From positions 62,001 to 126,000 of the IMG/VR virus record IMGVR_UViG_3300042934_000547: a DNA stretch of 64,000 nucleotides; one strand, 5' to 3'. Positions 1 through 9,929 of the stretch are shown here, piece after piece. Under the pieces are notes generated by a model that worked only from the letters and a program-made list of their open reading frames with translations, was not told where the DNA came from and did no database searches. Within the stretch, counting starts at the first letter, position 1. The number at the start of each line of letters is the position of its first letter. The translations under genes were made by a program, and so were the position numbers.

Positions 1-695
1 TCTCCATATATACCAGAGAAACCTTCTTCTGCTGGATTGAATACTGGATATAATCCTATACCACCAATAGCCCAGAAGTATGGTTTAGTAATTTCAGACA
101 CATTCTTGATCAATTCGATATTAAATGTTCCATCTTGATACGCTACTAAAGTTCTTTGAGGATACCATTTTGATACAGGCTCCCAAGGAACAGCATGAGA
201 TGCATACTCACATAATATTTCGTCTTCTACTGCCAATATCCCTGCATGTGCCCATATAGGAGCAGTATTATTGGTATTAGGTATTAGTCTCTTACTTTCA
301 TAACCAAAGAATGTTCCATTCATACCAAATTTATTGATTTGCTCAATTGTATAAGCCTGTTTGATATTTGGTTCAAATCCCATTCCTTTTTCTGGACCTT
401 CCCATATAGCAAAGTTTGCAGGATGCATTTTAATGTATCTAACTCCTTCATTATAAGGACTAACCCCATGGATAGTTTTTATTGTGGATTTGTTTATAAA
501 CTCATAAATATTACCAGTAGGAGTAGTTGTTTTTGTTATCCTATTAGTCGGCTCTGGTGTAATATTTAACATTTTGCATCCAAAAGCATATAAATCACAC
601 CATCTGACATTAGATTCCATCTCCTGTTTATCTAATGTAATTCCATGTTGTTGTAATGCATTAAAATATCTGTCTCCCCAATGTTGGTCTAACAT
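1..695 (-). CDS. Phosphodiester glycosidase (NAGPA/DUF2233)-like domain protein; partial, runs off the left edge
   Basis: Not in the ORF track; translated by hand from ATG at 695 (RBS GAGGTG): MLDQHWGDRYFNALQQHG...GMNGTFFG...YPQRTLVAYQDGT...WAIGGIGLYP..., open to position 1. Motifs resemble NAGPA-type domains. Confidence 0.55.
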   Translation of the reverse strand, partial: MLDQHWGDRYFNALQQHGITLDKQEMESNVRWCDLYAFGCKMLNITPEPTNRITKTTTPTGNIYEFINKSTIKTIHGVSPYNEGVRYIKMHPANFAIWEGPEKGMGFEPNIKQAYTIEQINKFGMNGTFFGYESKRLIPNTNNTAPIWAHAGILAVEDEILCEYASHAVPWEPVSKWYPQRTLVAYQDGTFNIELIKNVSEITKPYFWAIGGIGLYPVFNPAEEGFSGIYG

Positions 696-713
696 ATTAA
701 ATCACCTCTTTCA

Positions 714-3686
714 TTAATTTTCAATAATTTGATTACTAAATATATTTCCATATTGATCTATGGATATATCATCCATTCCTGATAAAAATAAGCTTGAATG
801 TTCTGTACAAGCGATTAATTCTTCTAAGCTTGGTTCTGAACCATCACAAACTTCAAACCTAGGTCTATAAAAATAAGCCATTTCGTCTAATGATGTAGAA
901 TAATACATATATGCTCTTATAGTATTTGTTGTAGCAGTTGATAACCATTTAAAATCATTGGCAATATTGAATCGCTTTCTACCTGTTATATCGTATAGTC
1001 CAGACTTGTCATCATTTACTGTTCCGGTAAAATCATATGGATGAATATGGGCAACCCATAAAAACCATTCATCACCTGTGTCAAGTGAATGATGAAAATA
1101 CGGATTAGATACAGCTACAGTTGAACCTAATAACGATATTGCGTTATTGGCACATCCGAGATATAATCTTCCATTAACGGGATTTTCTCTTCTCATCCAC
1201 ATGGATACCCGATATTTTTTAGTTTTATCTATACCCACATAACTATGGTCGAATCCACCGTCAGCATCACTTCCAATATCATTTCCCGGTGCCATCCACA
1301 TATAATCTGGTTCACCGTATGGATTACCTGCGATTAGGCGTTCATTTTCGTCCGCCGCACCATTCATGATCCATGGACCAATACTTCCCTTTCCTAACTG
1401 GTTCCAAATACTGTAATCAACCAGTGTAGGTTTATAAGGTTTAACTTCGATGAGTTCACTACATGATATTTGTGATTTGATATTTATATCTGGTTCTTTA
1501 TATTCAACAATTTTAGAATCATATGAATAATATACATAATCGCCAGTATGATAATATGTAGAAACTTTCTTAACCGATTTACCAGCTTGTGAAACACCCC
1601 GTAGTCTAATCCATCTCTTATATACACTGGTTATCAAAAAATGATCCTGCGTACTGTCGGAGTATGTTATAACCAATCCTCCCGGGATGTTACCATTATA
1701 ATAACAAGTATTATATACAATTATATCAAATAAATACCGAGTATTTGGTTTAAAATTATTAACCATATTTATCTGATTTGGTGCAACATTACCTATGTCA
1801 ACATCAACCTTATAAAATACAGCAGCACCTATACCAACACATGGAACCCCAAATATAGTTGCTCTATTACAAAATCCGTGTATATTTAATCTTTTTCCAT
1901 ATTCATATATATAATCTAAATCAAATAAATTTTGATTTTCTATCACTTCACCTACAAAAATATTATTTTTATCAGTATCAACTGTTAATTTAGTTTCGTA
2001 AAGTTCTTTGATGTCTTCCACATTTAATGGAGTAGCATATATACTGATATCATCTATCAATCCATAAAAAGGAGAATCTTCTCCACCAGTAGTATATCCA
2101 ATGGTCATTACACCTCCAAAACTACCAACAACTCTTCCTTGTAAATCTAACGTATAATCCAAAACTCCATTTACATAACCTTTTAGTGTTGTTTTATCAT
2201 ATACCATAACTACATTATACCATATATTTGATAATAGTGTAGTTGAACCAGTTCCAAATGTCCACGTTCCATTAGCATAAATACTCCATCGCATTTTAGA
2301 TGAAACTATTCTAACAAAATATGATGGATTTGCAGAAAATATATTTTGTGGTTTTGTTATATCATAGGATTTAAACCACGCTGCGAATGTGATACCATCA
2401 ACTAAATTTGCTACTGGTGGTGTCTTTATATATTCAGTAAGGTAATTAAAAGAGAGAGCTCCAGAACCTAGTTTTGAATCATTACTCCACTTTGGTATAT
2501 GATTAGCTGCTGGAAGACTGTGATTACCATATCCACTTGAATCTGCGATGATATTATCACTTTCATTAAAAATATCTGAACAGAATTGAGATTGTTCTAA
2601 TCTAGCTTTTGACACATATATTTTATAACCCGGTTTTACAAATATTCCTACTAAATCATTAGTGCCATCTTGAGATATTCCTTCACATTTACATAAAAAG
2701 AATCCATCTCTTAAATATTCAATAGATGTCCACATATCTAATGGAACACCACCGTTTCTACCATTCCAAGCTGGAAAACAAATCTTTTCATCTGGATAAG
2801 ATAACAATGTGCTATCATCAACTTTTATAATCGCTTGAAGACTTCTATATCCTCCGGGATATTCAGGTGCTTGGTAAAATAAATATTCACCGGTTCCACT
2901 GGCAGCATTGGCTACCCAATGGGAATACATTTGATCTCCATAAATATACTTTCTATCTATATTCTGTCCATGTGTTCCAATCGAACCAGTTCGACCCCAA
3001 TGACTCCATCCGCCCTCGCCAACTACTGTTTCAAAAGTTGGATAAGTAAATTCATTGGGTAACAATTGTACTTTTTCATCAAAAGTGTAGTGAAGTATCT
3101 TAGTTTTATATACTTCTTTAATTTCAGAAAGAGATAAGGCGTGATCATAAAACTTTGCATCATTTATTAAACCTTTAAATATCTTATTTCCAGCATTATG
3201 TTCCCTTCCTATCTCAATCCCAGTGTATTCAGTATGAATTTTTGTCACAGAACGGCTACATTCTTCAATACCATCTATATATAACTTCACTACAGAACCA
3301 TCGTAAGTCATTGCTATATGGTGGAAAACATTATCGTTACATTTCTTAGTTGAAAGTAAACTCGGATACGATACACCATCATACCACCAACAATATATTG
3401 TACCAGCCGGTGTCATTGTTATAATTGGGGAATATCCAAATCCAATTATTCCTACATTATAAGTAAAGGTTTCACCAGTCTTCATCCAGCAACACATAGA
3501 AAATTTACTATTACTTTTCAATAATTTAATTTCATTATTTATATAACTAGTTGTGCCGTTAAAACTATAACATTTTCCTATCTTACCATTATCACTTATA
3601 ACAGCATTATAATTTACGGCATGGTTAGCGTTTCCACTATAATCTAATGTATCCCCATTAAGGGGAAAATGGCATATAATGCTCAT
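714..3686 (-). CDS. Tail fibre/receptor-binding protein with two LamG (concanavalin A-like) domains plus carbohydrate-binding-like modules, 990 aa
   Basis: LamG signatures FSMCCWMK...FHHIAMTYDGSVVKLYIDG...FKGLINDAKFYDHAL and ITFAAWFK...WYNVVMVYD...GLIDDISIYATPL; located in the tail operon. Confidence 0.8.
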   Translation of the reverse strand: MSIICHFPLNGDTLDYSGNANHAVNYNAVISDNGKIGKCYSFNGTTSYINNEIKLLKSNSKFSMCCWMKTGETFTYNVGIIGFGYSPIITMTPAGTIYCWWYDGVSYPSLLSTKKCNDNVFHHIAMTYDGSVVKLYIDGIEECSRSVTKIHTEYTGIEIGREHNAGNKIFKGLINDAKFYDHALSLSEIKEVYKTKILHYTFDEKVQLLPNEFTYPTFETVVGEGGWSHWGRTGSIGTHGQNIDRKYIYGDQMYSHWVANAASGTGEYLFYQAPEYPGGYRSLQAIIKVDDSTLLSYPDEKICFPAWNGRNGGVPLDMWTSIEYLRDGFFLCKCEGISQDGTNDLVGIFVKPGYKIYVSKARLEQSQFCSDIFNESDNIIADSSGYGNHSLPAANHIPKWSNDSKLGSGALSFNYLTEYIKTPPVANLVDGITFAAWFKSYDITKPQNIFSANPSYFVRIVSSKMRWSIYANGTWTFGTGSTTLLSNIWYNVVMVYDKTTLKGYVNGVLDYTLDLQGRVVGSFGGVMTIGYTTGGEDSPFYGLIDDISIYATPLNVEDIKELYETKLTVDTDKNNIFVGEVIENQNLFDLDYIYEYGKRLNIHGFCNRATIFGVPCVGIGAAVFYKVDVDIGNVAPNQINMVNNFKPNTRYLFDIIVYNTCYYNGNIPGGLVITYSDSTQDHFLITSVYKRWIRLRGVSQAGKSVKKVSTYYHTGDYVYYSYDSKIVEYKEPDINIKSQISCSELIEVKPYKPTLVDYSIWNQLGKGSIGPWIMNGAADENERLIAGNPYGEPDYMWMAPGNDIGSDADGGFDHSYVGIDKTKKYRVSMWMRRENPVNGRLYLGCANNAISLLGSTVAVSNPYFHHSLDTGDEWFLWVAHIHPYDFTGTVNDDKSGLYDITGRKRFNIANDFKWLSTATTNTIRAYMYYSTSLDEMAYFYRPRFEVCDGSEPSLEELIACTEHSSLFLSGMDDISIDQYGNIFSNQIIEN

Positions 3687-3704
3687 AACGTTCCCCCTAT
3701 TTTA

Positions 3705-4892
3705 TTATACAAATTTAAATTTAAGTGCTTTAAGTGTAGGATCATATGCTAAAGTGCAATCTCCTATACGGACATCACCTTGTGAATAAATACCAAGATT
3801 TGGAATTTTGTTTCTTGTTACAATACTGTAGTCATTACTAACTCCGAGCTTAGATACTAGAATTCCTTGTGCACCATTATCTGCGGCATTACCGTAAAAT
3901 CCAACTAGATCTGTATTCATGATACTATTTATCTTTGGTTCAAACAGAGACTTGTTTTTTAAAGTCTGTTCTCCCTCCAATGTAACAGCAATAGCTTTAT
4001 CCAGAACATTCAGATATGTTTGTATAGCGGATAAATCATTACAAAATCTCATAACTCCATTAGCATTAGTTCTGAATGCAATTGCTCCAGAAATTGTACT
4101 TTGATCTTCATAGGTACTTATAAAACATCTAGCTCGTAAATCACCATTACCATCTCTACGAGCTATGGTATTAGTAGTTTCTGTGCTATCGATTTTATAT
4201 GTGCTATCTTTTAATAATCTACCAGAGTTACCATCAAACACAGCAACGGCTCCATCAGTAGAAGAAGCTGGTCCTATAACAGCACCATCAAGATTTGTTT
4301 GTATAGGATTCCAATTAGCAGGAGTATCACTAAGAGTATTATCTTGGACACATATAAGCATATCTCCTGTTTCTACTTTATAACCACCAATAATACCACT
4401 AGAAGTTACTTTATATGTATCACCACAATTTGCAGCAGGTAATGTAGCTCCAGCGGCGATACCACCTTTATATTGCATAGCGTCATTAGCTGCTAATACT
4501 GAATTGATTTCAGCTTTAACGAATGCCGTACTTGCTACTTGATTAGTATTGGTACCAATACTAGCAGTAGGTGCAATTGGCATACCAGTAAATTCGGCAT
4601 CTTTGATAGTAGTTTTAACTGGTGTTATAAATATCATATCTTTACCTAGAATCAAATCACCACCAGTTGGATTAATTCTAAGCTCGTATCCTAAAGTACC
4701 ATTTTTACTATCTATAATACCTTTGTTAACTTCTAATGATGAATCGACGATAATCTTGGTAAATTTTCCGAGAGGTGATATGATTCCCGTATTATCAATG
4801 AGAGTATTATTCACTTTAATACCACCATTAGCAAAAATCATATCACTGATATATAATCGACCATTAATTTCAGTCGTTTGTAATTGAGCCAT
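3705..4892 (-). CDS. Tail fibre protein, 395 aa
   Basis: Tail-fibre motifs FTGMPIAPTASIGTNTNQVASTAFV, NDAMQYKG...GDTYKV...VETGDMLIC and NWNPIQTNLDGAV. Confidence 0.75.
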   Translation of the reverse strand: MAQLQTTEINGRLYISDMIFANGGIKVNNTLIDNTGIISPLGKFTKIIVDSSLEVNKGIIDSKNGTLGYELRINPTGGDLILGKDMIFITPVKTTIKDAEFTGMPIAPTASIGTNTNQVASTAFVKAEINSVLAANDAMQYKGGIAAGATLPAANCGDTYKVTSSGIIGGYKVETGDMLICVQDNTLSDTPANWNPIQTNLDGAVIGPASSTDGAVAVFDGNSGRLLKDSTYKIDSTETTNTIARRDGNGDLRARCFISTYEDQSTISGAIAFRTNANGVMRFCNDLSAIQTYLNVLDKAIAVTLEGEQTLKNKSLFEPKINSIMNTDLVGFYGNAADNGAQGILVSKLGVSNDYSIVTRNKIPNLGIYSQGDVRIGDCTLAYDPTLKALKFKFV

Positions 4893-4912
4893 GTATCATC
4901 ATTCCTTTCTAT

Positions 4913-5695
4913 TTATATTTCATTAAATGCAGTTGATTTTAATTTTCCGTAATCAAATAATTTGACATTAGGAACAGTTTCTTCTTCAATCATACAATTG
5001 GTAACAATTCCTTTATTTACATTAAAGTTACCTTCAATTTCTTCAGTAATGTATGATCCATGACTGATATATAATAATGATTCATCATTATTTATTACCA
5101 TCACCTTATTAATTGGTTTAGATGATGTAAGTTTTATCTCTTCCCAATTATTCGTTTGTGGTATAATATCTTCAGTGCTGGTATCTGTATATGAGATACG
5201 TAGTCCATTTTTGTTTAATGGGGAAACACTCTTTATTTTAATAAAAAAAATATATTGCTTATCTGGTTTAAATGATGCTATTAATGTTTCTTGAGATATC
5301 TGGGATGGTAAAAATGACACACACCAAATATCATCAATCTTATCATTTAAATTAATCGATGCTGTATACGAATAACTTAACAGATTGATAGGCTCAATAA
5401 TCTTAGAACAATACAACTTATTTGTATCATCAATCTTAATCCTATTACTATATAAATCTCGTATATCATCATCAGATAAATTAATTGCATACACACGTAT
5501 ATCATCTATCCCAAAAATGGTAGCTTCACCAACTATTGTGATCTCACCATTAATAATAGAAATTTTATTGTAGGAATGATCATCGGTTAGAATTGTATTT
5601 ACTAAAATACTATCGTCACTACGGATAACTACAAATTCCCAATTATTATCATTATTTTTATCAAGCCAATAGCTTATAGTATACGCCTCTATCAT
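4913..5695 (-). CDS. LamG-type tail fibre C-terminal part, 260 aa; appears to be the continuation of 8598..9914
   Basis: YTISYWL...GIDDIRVYAINLSDDDIRDLYSNRIKID parallels GLIDDISIYATPLNVEDIKELYETKLTVD in the second LamG domain of 714..3686; has its own RBS (GAGGA). Confidence 0.65.
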   Translation of the reverse strand: MIEAYTISYWLDKNNDNNWEFVVIRSDDSILVNTILTDDHSYNKISIINGEITIVGEATIFGIDDIRVYAINLSDDDIRDLYSNRIKIDDTNKLYCSKIIEPINLLSYSYTASINLNDKIDDIWCVSFLPSQISQETLIASFKPDKQYIFFIKIKSVSPLNKNGLRISYTDTSTEDIIPQTNNWEEIKLTSSKPINKVMVINNDESLLYISHGSYITEEIEGNFNVNKGIVTNCMIEEETVPNVKLFDYGKLKSTAFNEI

Positions 5696-5726
5696 AATTA
5701 ATCCTCGCTTTAATCATTATTTCATA

Positions 5727-8114
5727 TCAATTTATTATCCTTACTAATACTTCTTCATCTTTTGCTGCATTAGATTTTACAATACCTATATCATAAATAC
5801 CGATACCAGTTACATCAGGATTTATAAATAAATTCAAGACATATTTGTATACCTTCATAACATAGGAAATATTTGTTCCTGATATTGAATATATTTTAGC
5901 CCAACCTGTAAAATTACCAACTAATATTAAAACATTGTCGTCAATAGAAAGGGCAATGGAGGCAACACTATTATTCAATAGTGTACCTATATTATCTGCA
6001 TATATATCTAATCTATAAGTAAGGGCTGTTCCTGATACTGAATATACCTTAGCCCTACCTGTAAAAGATCCACCTAATATTAGGGTATTACCGTCAGGTG
6101 AGAATGTAGAAGCATAAACGGTAGAATTGAGAGCTGTACCTATATTATCTGCATATATATCTGATATATAAGTAAGGGCTGTTCCTGATACTGAATATAC
6201 CTTAGCCATACCTGTAAACCCTCCACCTAATATTAAGACATTTCCATTAGGAGAGAATGTACAAGATTCGATACCATTATCTAAAATTGTATTATTATTA
6301 TCTGCATATATATCTGATACATAAGTGATAACATTTCCTGATACTGAATATACCTTAGCCCTACCTGTAAAAAACCCGCCTAATACTAATATATTTCCAT
6401 TTGGGGAGAATGTACACCTTCTAACCTCATTATATATAGGAGTGACACCATTATCTGCATATATATCCGATACATAAGTAATAACGTTTCCTGATACTGA
6501 ATATACCTTAGCATAACCTGTAAAAAACCCACTTAATACTAAGACAGCTCCATCGGGGGAAAATACACAACTTCTGACTTCCTTATCTAAAACTGTACTA
6601 TTATTATCTGCATATATATCTGATATATATATAATTTTTGCTCCTGATACTGAATATACCTTAGCTTTACCTCCAAAAAATCCACCTAATATTAGGGTAT
6701 TACCGTCAGGTGAGAATGTAGAAGCATAAACGGTAGAATTGAGAGCTGTACCTATATTATCTGCATATATATCTGATATATAGGTAAGAGTGGTCCCTAA
6801 TACTGAAAATAACTTAGCCCCACCCGTAAAAGCTCCACCCAATATCAAAATAGACTTATCAGGAGAAAGAGTGCAAAAATTAATATTATTATTTAAACCA
6901 GTAGTACCATTATCAGAATATATATCTGATACATAAGTAATGGCTGTTCCTGATACTGAATAGATTTTAGCTTTACTAGCAAAACCCCCACCTATTACTA
7001 GCGTTTTATTATCAGGAGAAAATGCATGAGTTCTAACAACATTATCTAAAATTGTATTATCATTATCTGCATATATATCTGATATATAAGTAAGGGATGT
7101 TCCTGATACTGAATATACCTTAGCCATACCTGTAAAAATCCCACCTAATACTAAGACAGCTCCATTAGGGGAAAATTCACAAGAGTAAACAACATTATCT
7201 AAAATTATATTATTATTATCTGCATATATATCTGATACATAAGTGATAACATTTCCTGATACTGAATATACCTTAGCCCTACCTGTAAAAACCCCACCTA
7301 ATACTAAGATAGCTCCATTAGGGGAAAATGTACAAAAATTAACATTAGAACTTAAACCAGTAGTATCATTATCTGCATATATATCTGATATATAAGTAAG
7401 AGATGTTCCTGATACTGAATATACCTTAGCATAACCCGTAAATCCTCCACCTAATATTAAGGTCTTACTATCAGGAGAAAATGCACAGGATATGCTACTA
7501 CTACTCAAAACGGTATTATCATTATCTGCATATATATCTGATATATAAGTAAGGGATGTTTCCGATACTGAATATACCTTAGCCCTACCTGTAAAAATCC
7601 CACCTAATACTAAGACAGCTCCATTAGGGGAAAATTCAGAGAAGTTAACAGTGTTACTCAAAACTGTACCTATATTATCTGCATATATATCTGATATATA
7701 GGTAAGGGATGTTTCCGATACTGAATATATTTTGGCTTTACCTGTAAAAGTCCCACCTACTATTAAAATTTTACCATCAGGTGAGAATGTGAAGGTCAGA
7801 ATATTACCACCTAATATACTACCTATATTATCTGCATATATATCTGATATATAAGTAAGGGCTGTTCCTGATATTGAATAGATTTTAGCTCTACCTGCAA
7901 AAGATCCACCTAATACTAAACTTTTACCATTAGGGGAGAATACACAAGAATAAGGAACGGTATTAAATGGACTGAGATATGGTTTATCTCTTACTTCGCC
8001 TTTAATAGTATATACTATATCTCCTATTTTTAAGGATTCACCAGCTATATACGTTACATCTCTTCCATCTATCTCTTTCCCACCACTTTGCCCTGTTAAA
8101 ATTGCATTTGCCAT
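5727..8114 (-). CDS. WD40-like beta-propeller repeat protein (14 blades), putative receptor-binding/tail appendage protein, 795 aa
   Basis: 14 copies of a ~51-aa unit (FSP[ND]G..L.LGG.F.G.AK.YS.SG..LTY.SDIYADN); termini AGESLKIGDIV and IGIVKSNAAKDEEVLVRI bracket the repeats as in Clostridial phage tail proteins. Confidence 0.75.
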   Translation of the reverse strand: MANAILTGQSGGKEIDGRDVTYIAGESLKIGDIVYTIKGEVRDKPYLSPFNTVPYSCVFSPNGKSLVLGGSFAGRAKIYSISGTALTYISDIYADNIGSILGGNILTFTFSPDGKILIVGGTFTGKAKIYSVSETSLTYISDIYADNIGTVLSNTVNFSEFSPNGAVLVLGGIFTGRAKVYSVSETSLTYISDIYADNDNTVLSSSSISCAFSPDSKTLILGGGFTGYAKVYSVSGTSLTYISDIYADNDTTGLSSNVNFCTFSPNGAILVLGGVFTGRAKVYSVSGNVITYVSDIYADNNNIILDNVVYSCEFSPNGAVLVLGGIFTGMAKVYSVSGTSLTYISDIYADNDNTILDNVVRTHAFSPDNKTLVIGGGFASKAKIYSVSGTAITYVSDIYSDNGTTGLNNNINFCTLSPDKSILILGGAFTGGAKLFSVLGTTLTYISDIYADNIGTALNSTVYASTFSPDGNTLILGGFFGGKAKVYSVSGAKIIYISDIYADNNSTVLDKEVRSCVFSPDGAVLVLSGFFTGYAKVYSVSGNVITYVSDIYADNGVTPIYNEVRRCTFSPNGNILVLGGFFTGRAKVYSVSGNVITYVSDIYADNNNTILDNGIESCTFSPNGNVLILGGGFTGMAKVYSVSGTALTYISDIYADNIGTALNSTVYASTFSPDGNTLILGGSFTGRAKVYSVSGTALTYRLDIYADNIGTLLNNSVASIALSIDDNVLILVGNFTGWAKIYSISGTNISYVMKVYKYVLNLFINPDVTGIGIYDIGIVKSNAAKDEEVLVRIIN
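5850..7960 (-). repeat. 153-bp-period coding tandem repeat array
   Basis: TTATCTGCATATATATC recurs every 153 bp; 6068-6170 is identical to 6680-6782 (103 bp, offset 4x153); ~57 bp is shared by ~6316-6372 and ~7234-7290 (offset 6x153). Confidence 0.9.
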
Positions 8115-8117
8115 CTA

Positions 8118-8588
8118 TTACGCCCCCTTTATCTGTATATTGATTGCAGTAACTGGTTTTTCTTCAAAACAAGTAACTGTAATTTTGTCTTCAGCAGTTT
8201 CGATTTTAGATATGAGATTCCAAGCCTTTTTCTCTAATAAAGCTGTAGCTAAATCTAAGCTATATATAGGAGATATAACAGGTACATCATCAGCAGTTAT
8301 TCCACCTACAATAATATCCTGTGTATAAGGAGCCACATCATTATTCCAATTGGTTGTTATTGTAGCCGTTTCATGAAATGATAATTTCATAATCTGATCT
8401 CTATGATCGATAAGCGTACTTTCAAGTAAATTGTAATCTTCTGTAGTAAATAGATATTGGGTTAGTTCTTCTTTTAGGGTATCCATTTCCAATATCTGTA
8501 ATTCTGTTTTATTAGGATTTAAATAAAGTTGTTGATACTGTTTATATTTATTTATAGCAATTTCCGTTTGTGGTAAATTATATTTCAT
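8118..8588 (-). CDS. Tail-fibre-associated protein of Clostridial phage type, 156 aa
   Basis: C-terminal TATITTNW...PYTQDIIVGGITADDVPVI...AWNLISKIET...ITVTC..KP..AINIQIKG resembles small tail-associated proteins of Firmicutes phages. Confidence 0.55.
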   Translation of the reverse strand: MKYNLPQTEIAINKYKQYQQLYLNPNKTELQILEMDTLKEELTQYLFTTEDYNLLESTLIDHRDQIMKLSFHETATITTNWNNDVAPYTQDIIVGGITADDVPVISPIYSLDLATALLEKKAWNLISKIETAEDKITVTCFEEKPVTAINIQIKGA

Positions 8589-8597
8589 ATTAACCTC

Positions 8598-9914
8598 CTA
8601 TAGTCCAAAGACAGATAATCCTAATGGACGTTCATAATACACATCATCACCAAAAACTTGCTCGATGAATATTCCTGTCTTAATTACATTTCCTGTCTTT
8701 AATTTACATGCTCCAGTACCTATCTTACCGTTTGTTGTTATTTCAGGCGAAGATATGGTTGATAGAACTAAATAATTATTTTTGAATCCACTAGAATCTA
8801 AAATAACTCCATCTCGTCTTCCATTAACAAATGGAGTTGGGTGGTCTTTAATTTCTATTTGTGGTTGGTATGCTATAAAATCTAGAGAATAGAATGCCAA
8901 TCTCGTCATTATACCAAAAGTTAACGAACGAGAACCGTCTCCAACAGCTATTAGACTGACATCTTTGATTTCTCCGGGTAATACATATACTCTTTGACCA
9001 AAATTGTTATCTATTACTACCTCATATTGTCCTATATTTTTTATTTTTATACTATAACAATATGTAACACCAGCTACTGATAATCCAATATCTGCAACTG
9101 TTTTTAATATTATATTGCCACCAGTAGCAACTTGGATTCTTTCGGCATTATTAGTTTTCCATTCTGGTACTGTAATATTTTTCGTAACTGTAACAACTGC
9201 TCCCATAAATGGTTCCCACCCACTTAAAACTTGTTTCTCAGGTGGGATTAGATTTTCTGTTGGTTCTTCATGAGGACTGTCAAATGTATAATGTAACAAT
9301 TTTGTCCTATAAACGTCTTTAATTTCTTTCAAAGATAAAGCATGATCGTAAATTCGTACATCATTTATTTTACCATTAAAATTCTTTACAGAACCCTCAC
9401 TACCAATTGTTAATGGTGCAGTACTAGTAAAATCTACGTTAGAATTAGATATAGTATCAATAACTGGTATAATCTTCATACCATTAATATATACACTATA
9501 TATATCATTATTTCTTGTTATAATTAGGTGTACCCATTTTTCATCGGCATCCATATCAAAAATTAAGTATCTATCGAAACCTTCCTTATCGGTAGAGAAC
9601 ATCCATCGGCTTGAAATGCCACCATATTCAAATAAACTCCACTGTCCGATTCCAGCATATACACCTTTAGCAATTATTGTTTGATTTGGATTATATATTG
9701 ATGTGGATTTTCTGATCCATAAAGAAATAGAGAAATCACCCTGTCCGAAATTTGCGATATCTCCACAATCAATATAATCATCAATACCGTCAAAACTATA
9801 ACATTTTCCTATCTTACCATTGTAATCTATACTAGCACCATGATTAGTAGGATGTATTTTATTTCCACTATAATCTAATATATTTCCATTAAGAGGGTAG
9901 TGACAAACAAGCAT
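8598..9914 (-). CDS. LamG tail fibre protein, paralog of 714..3686, ending within its second LamG domain, 438 aa
   Basis: N-terminus CHYPLNGNILDYSGN...NGKIGKCYSF and YDHALSLKEIKDVYRTKLLHYTFD match the 990-aa protein; stops shortly after DSSG...GKIGTGACKL. Confidence 0.8.
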   Translation of the reverse strand: MLVCHYPLNGNILDYSGNKIHPTNHGASIDYNGKIGKCYSFDGIDDYIDCGDIANFGQGDFSISLWIRKSTSIYNPNQTIIAKGVYAGIGQWSLFEYGGISSRWMFSTDKEGFDRYLIFDMDADEKWVHLIITRNNDIYSVYINGMKIIPVIDTISNSNVDFTSTAPLTIGSEGSVKNFNGKINDVRIYDHALSLKEIKDVYRTKLLHYTFDSPHEEPTENLIPPEKQVLSGWEPFMGAVVTVTKNITVPEWKTNNAERIQVATGGNIILKTVADIGLSVAGVTYCYSIKIKNIGQYEVVIDNNFGQRVYVLPGEIKDVSLIAVGDGSRSLTFGIMTRLAFYSLDFIAYQPQIEIKDHPTPFVNGRRDGVILDSSGFKNNYLVLSTISSPEITTNGKIGTGACKLKTGNVIKTGIFIEQVFGDDVYYERPLGLSVFGL

Positions 9915-9929
9915 AATATTATACCTCCA

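Noticed and set aside
5850-7960. Regularly spaced DNA repeats resembling a CRISPR array
   Set aside because: Period is 153 bp (51 codons) inside one open frame; the intervening sequences are homologous to each other; no cas genes.
714-9914. Diversity-generating retroelement or invertible tail-fibre switch
   Set aside because: No reverse transcriptase or recombinase in the window, no adenine-specific TR/VR pair, and all genes are co-oriented with no flanking inverted repeats seen.
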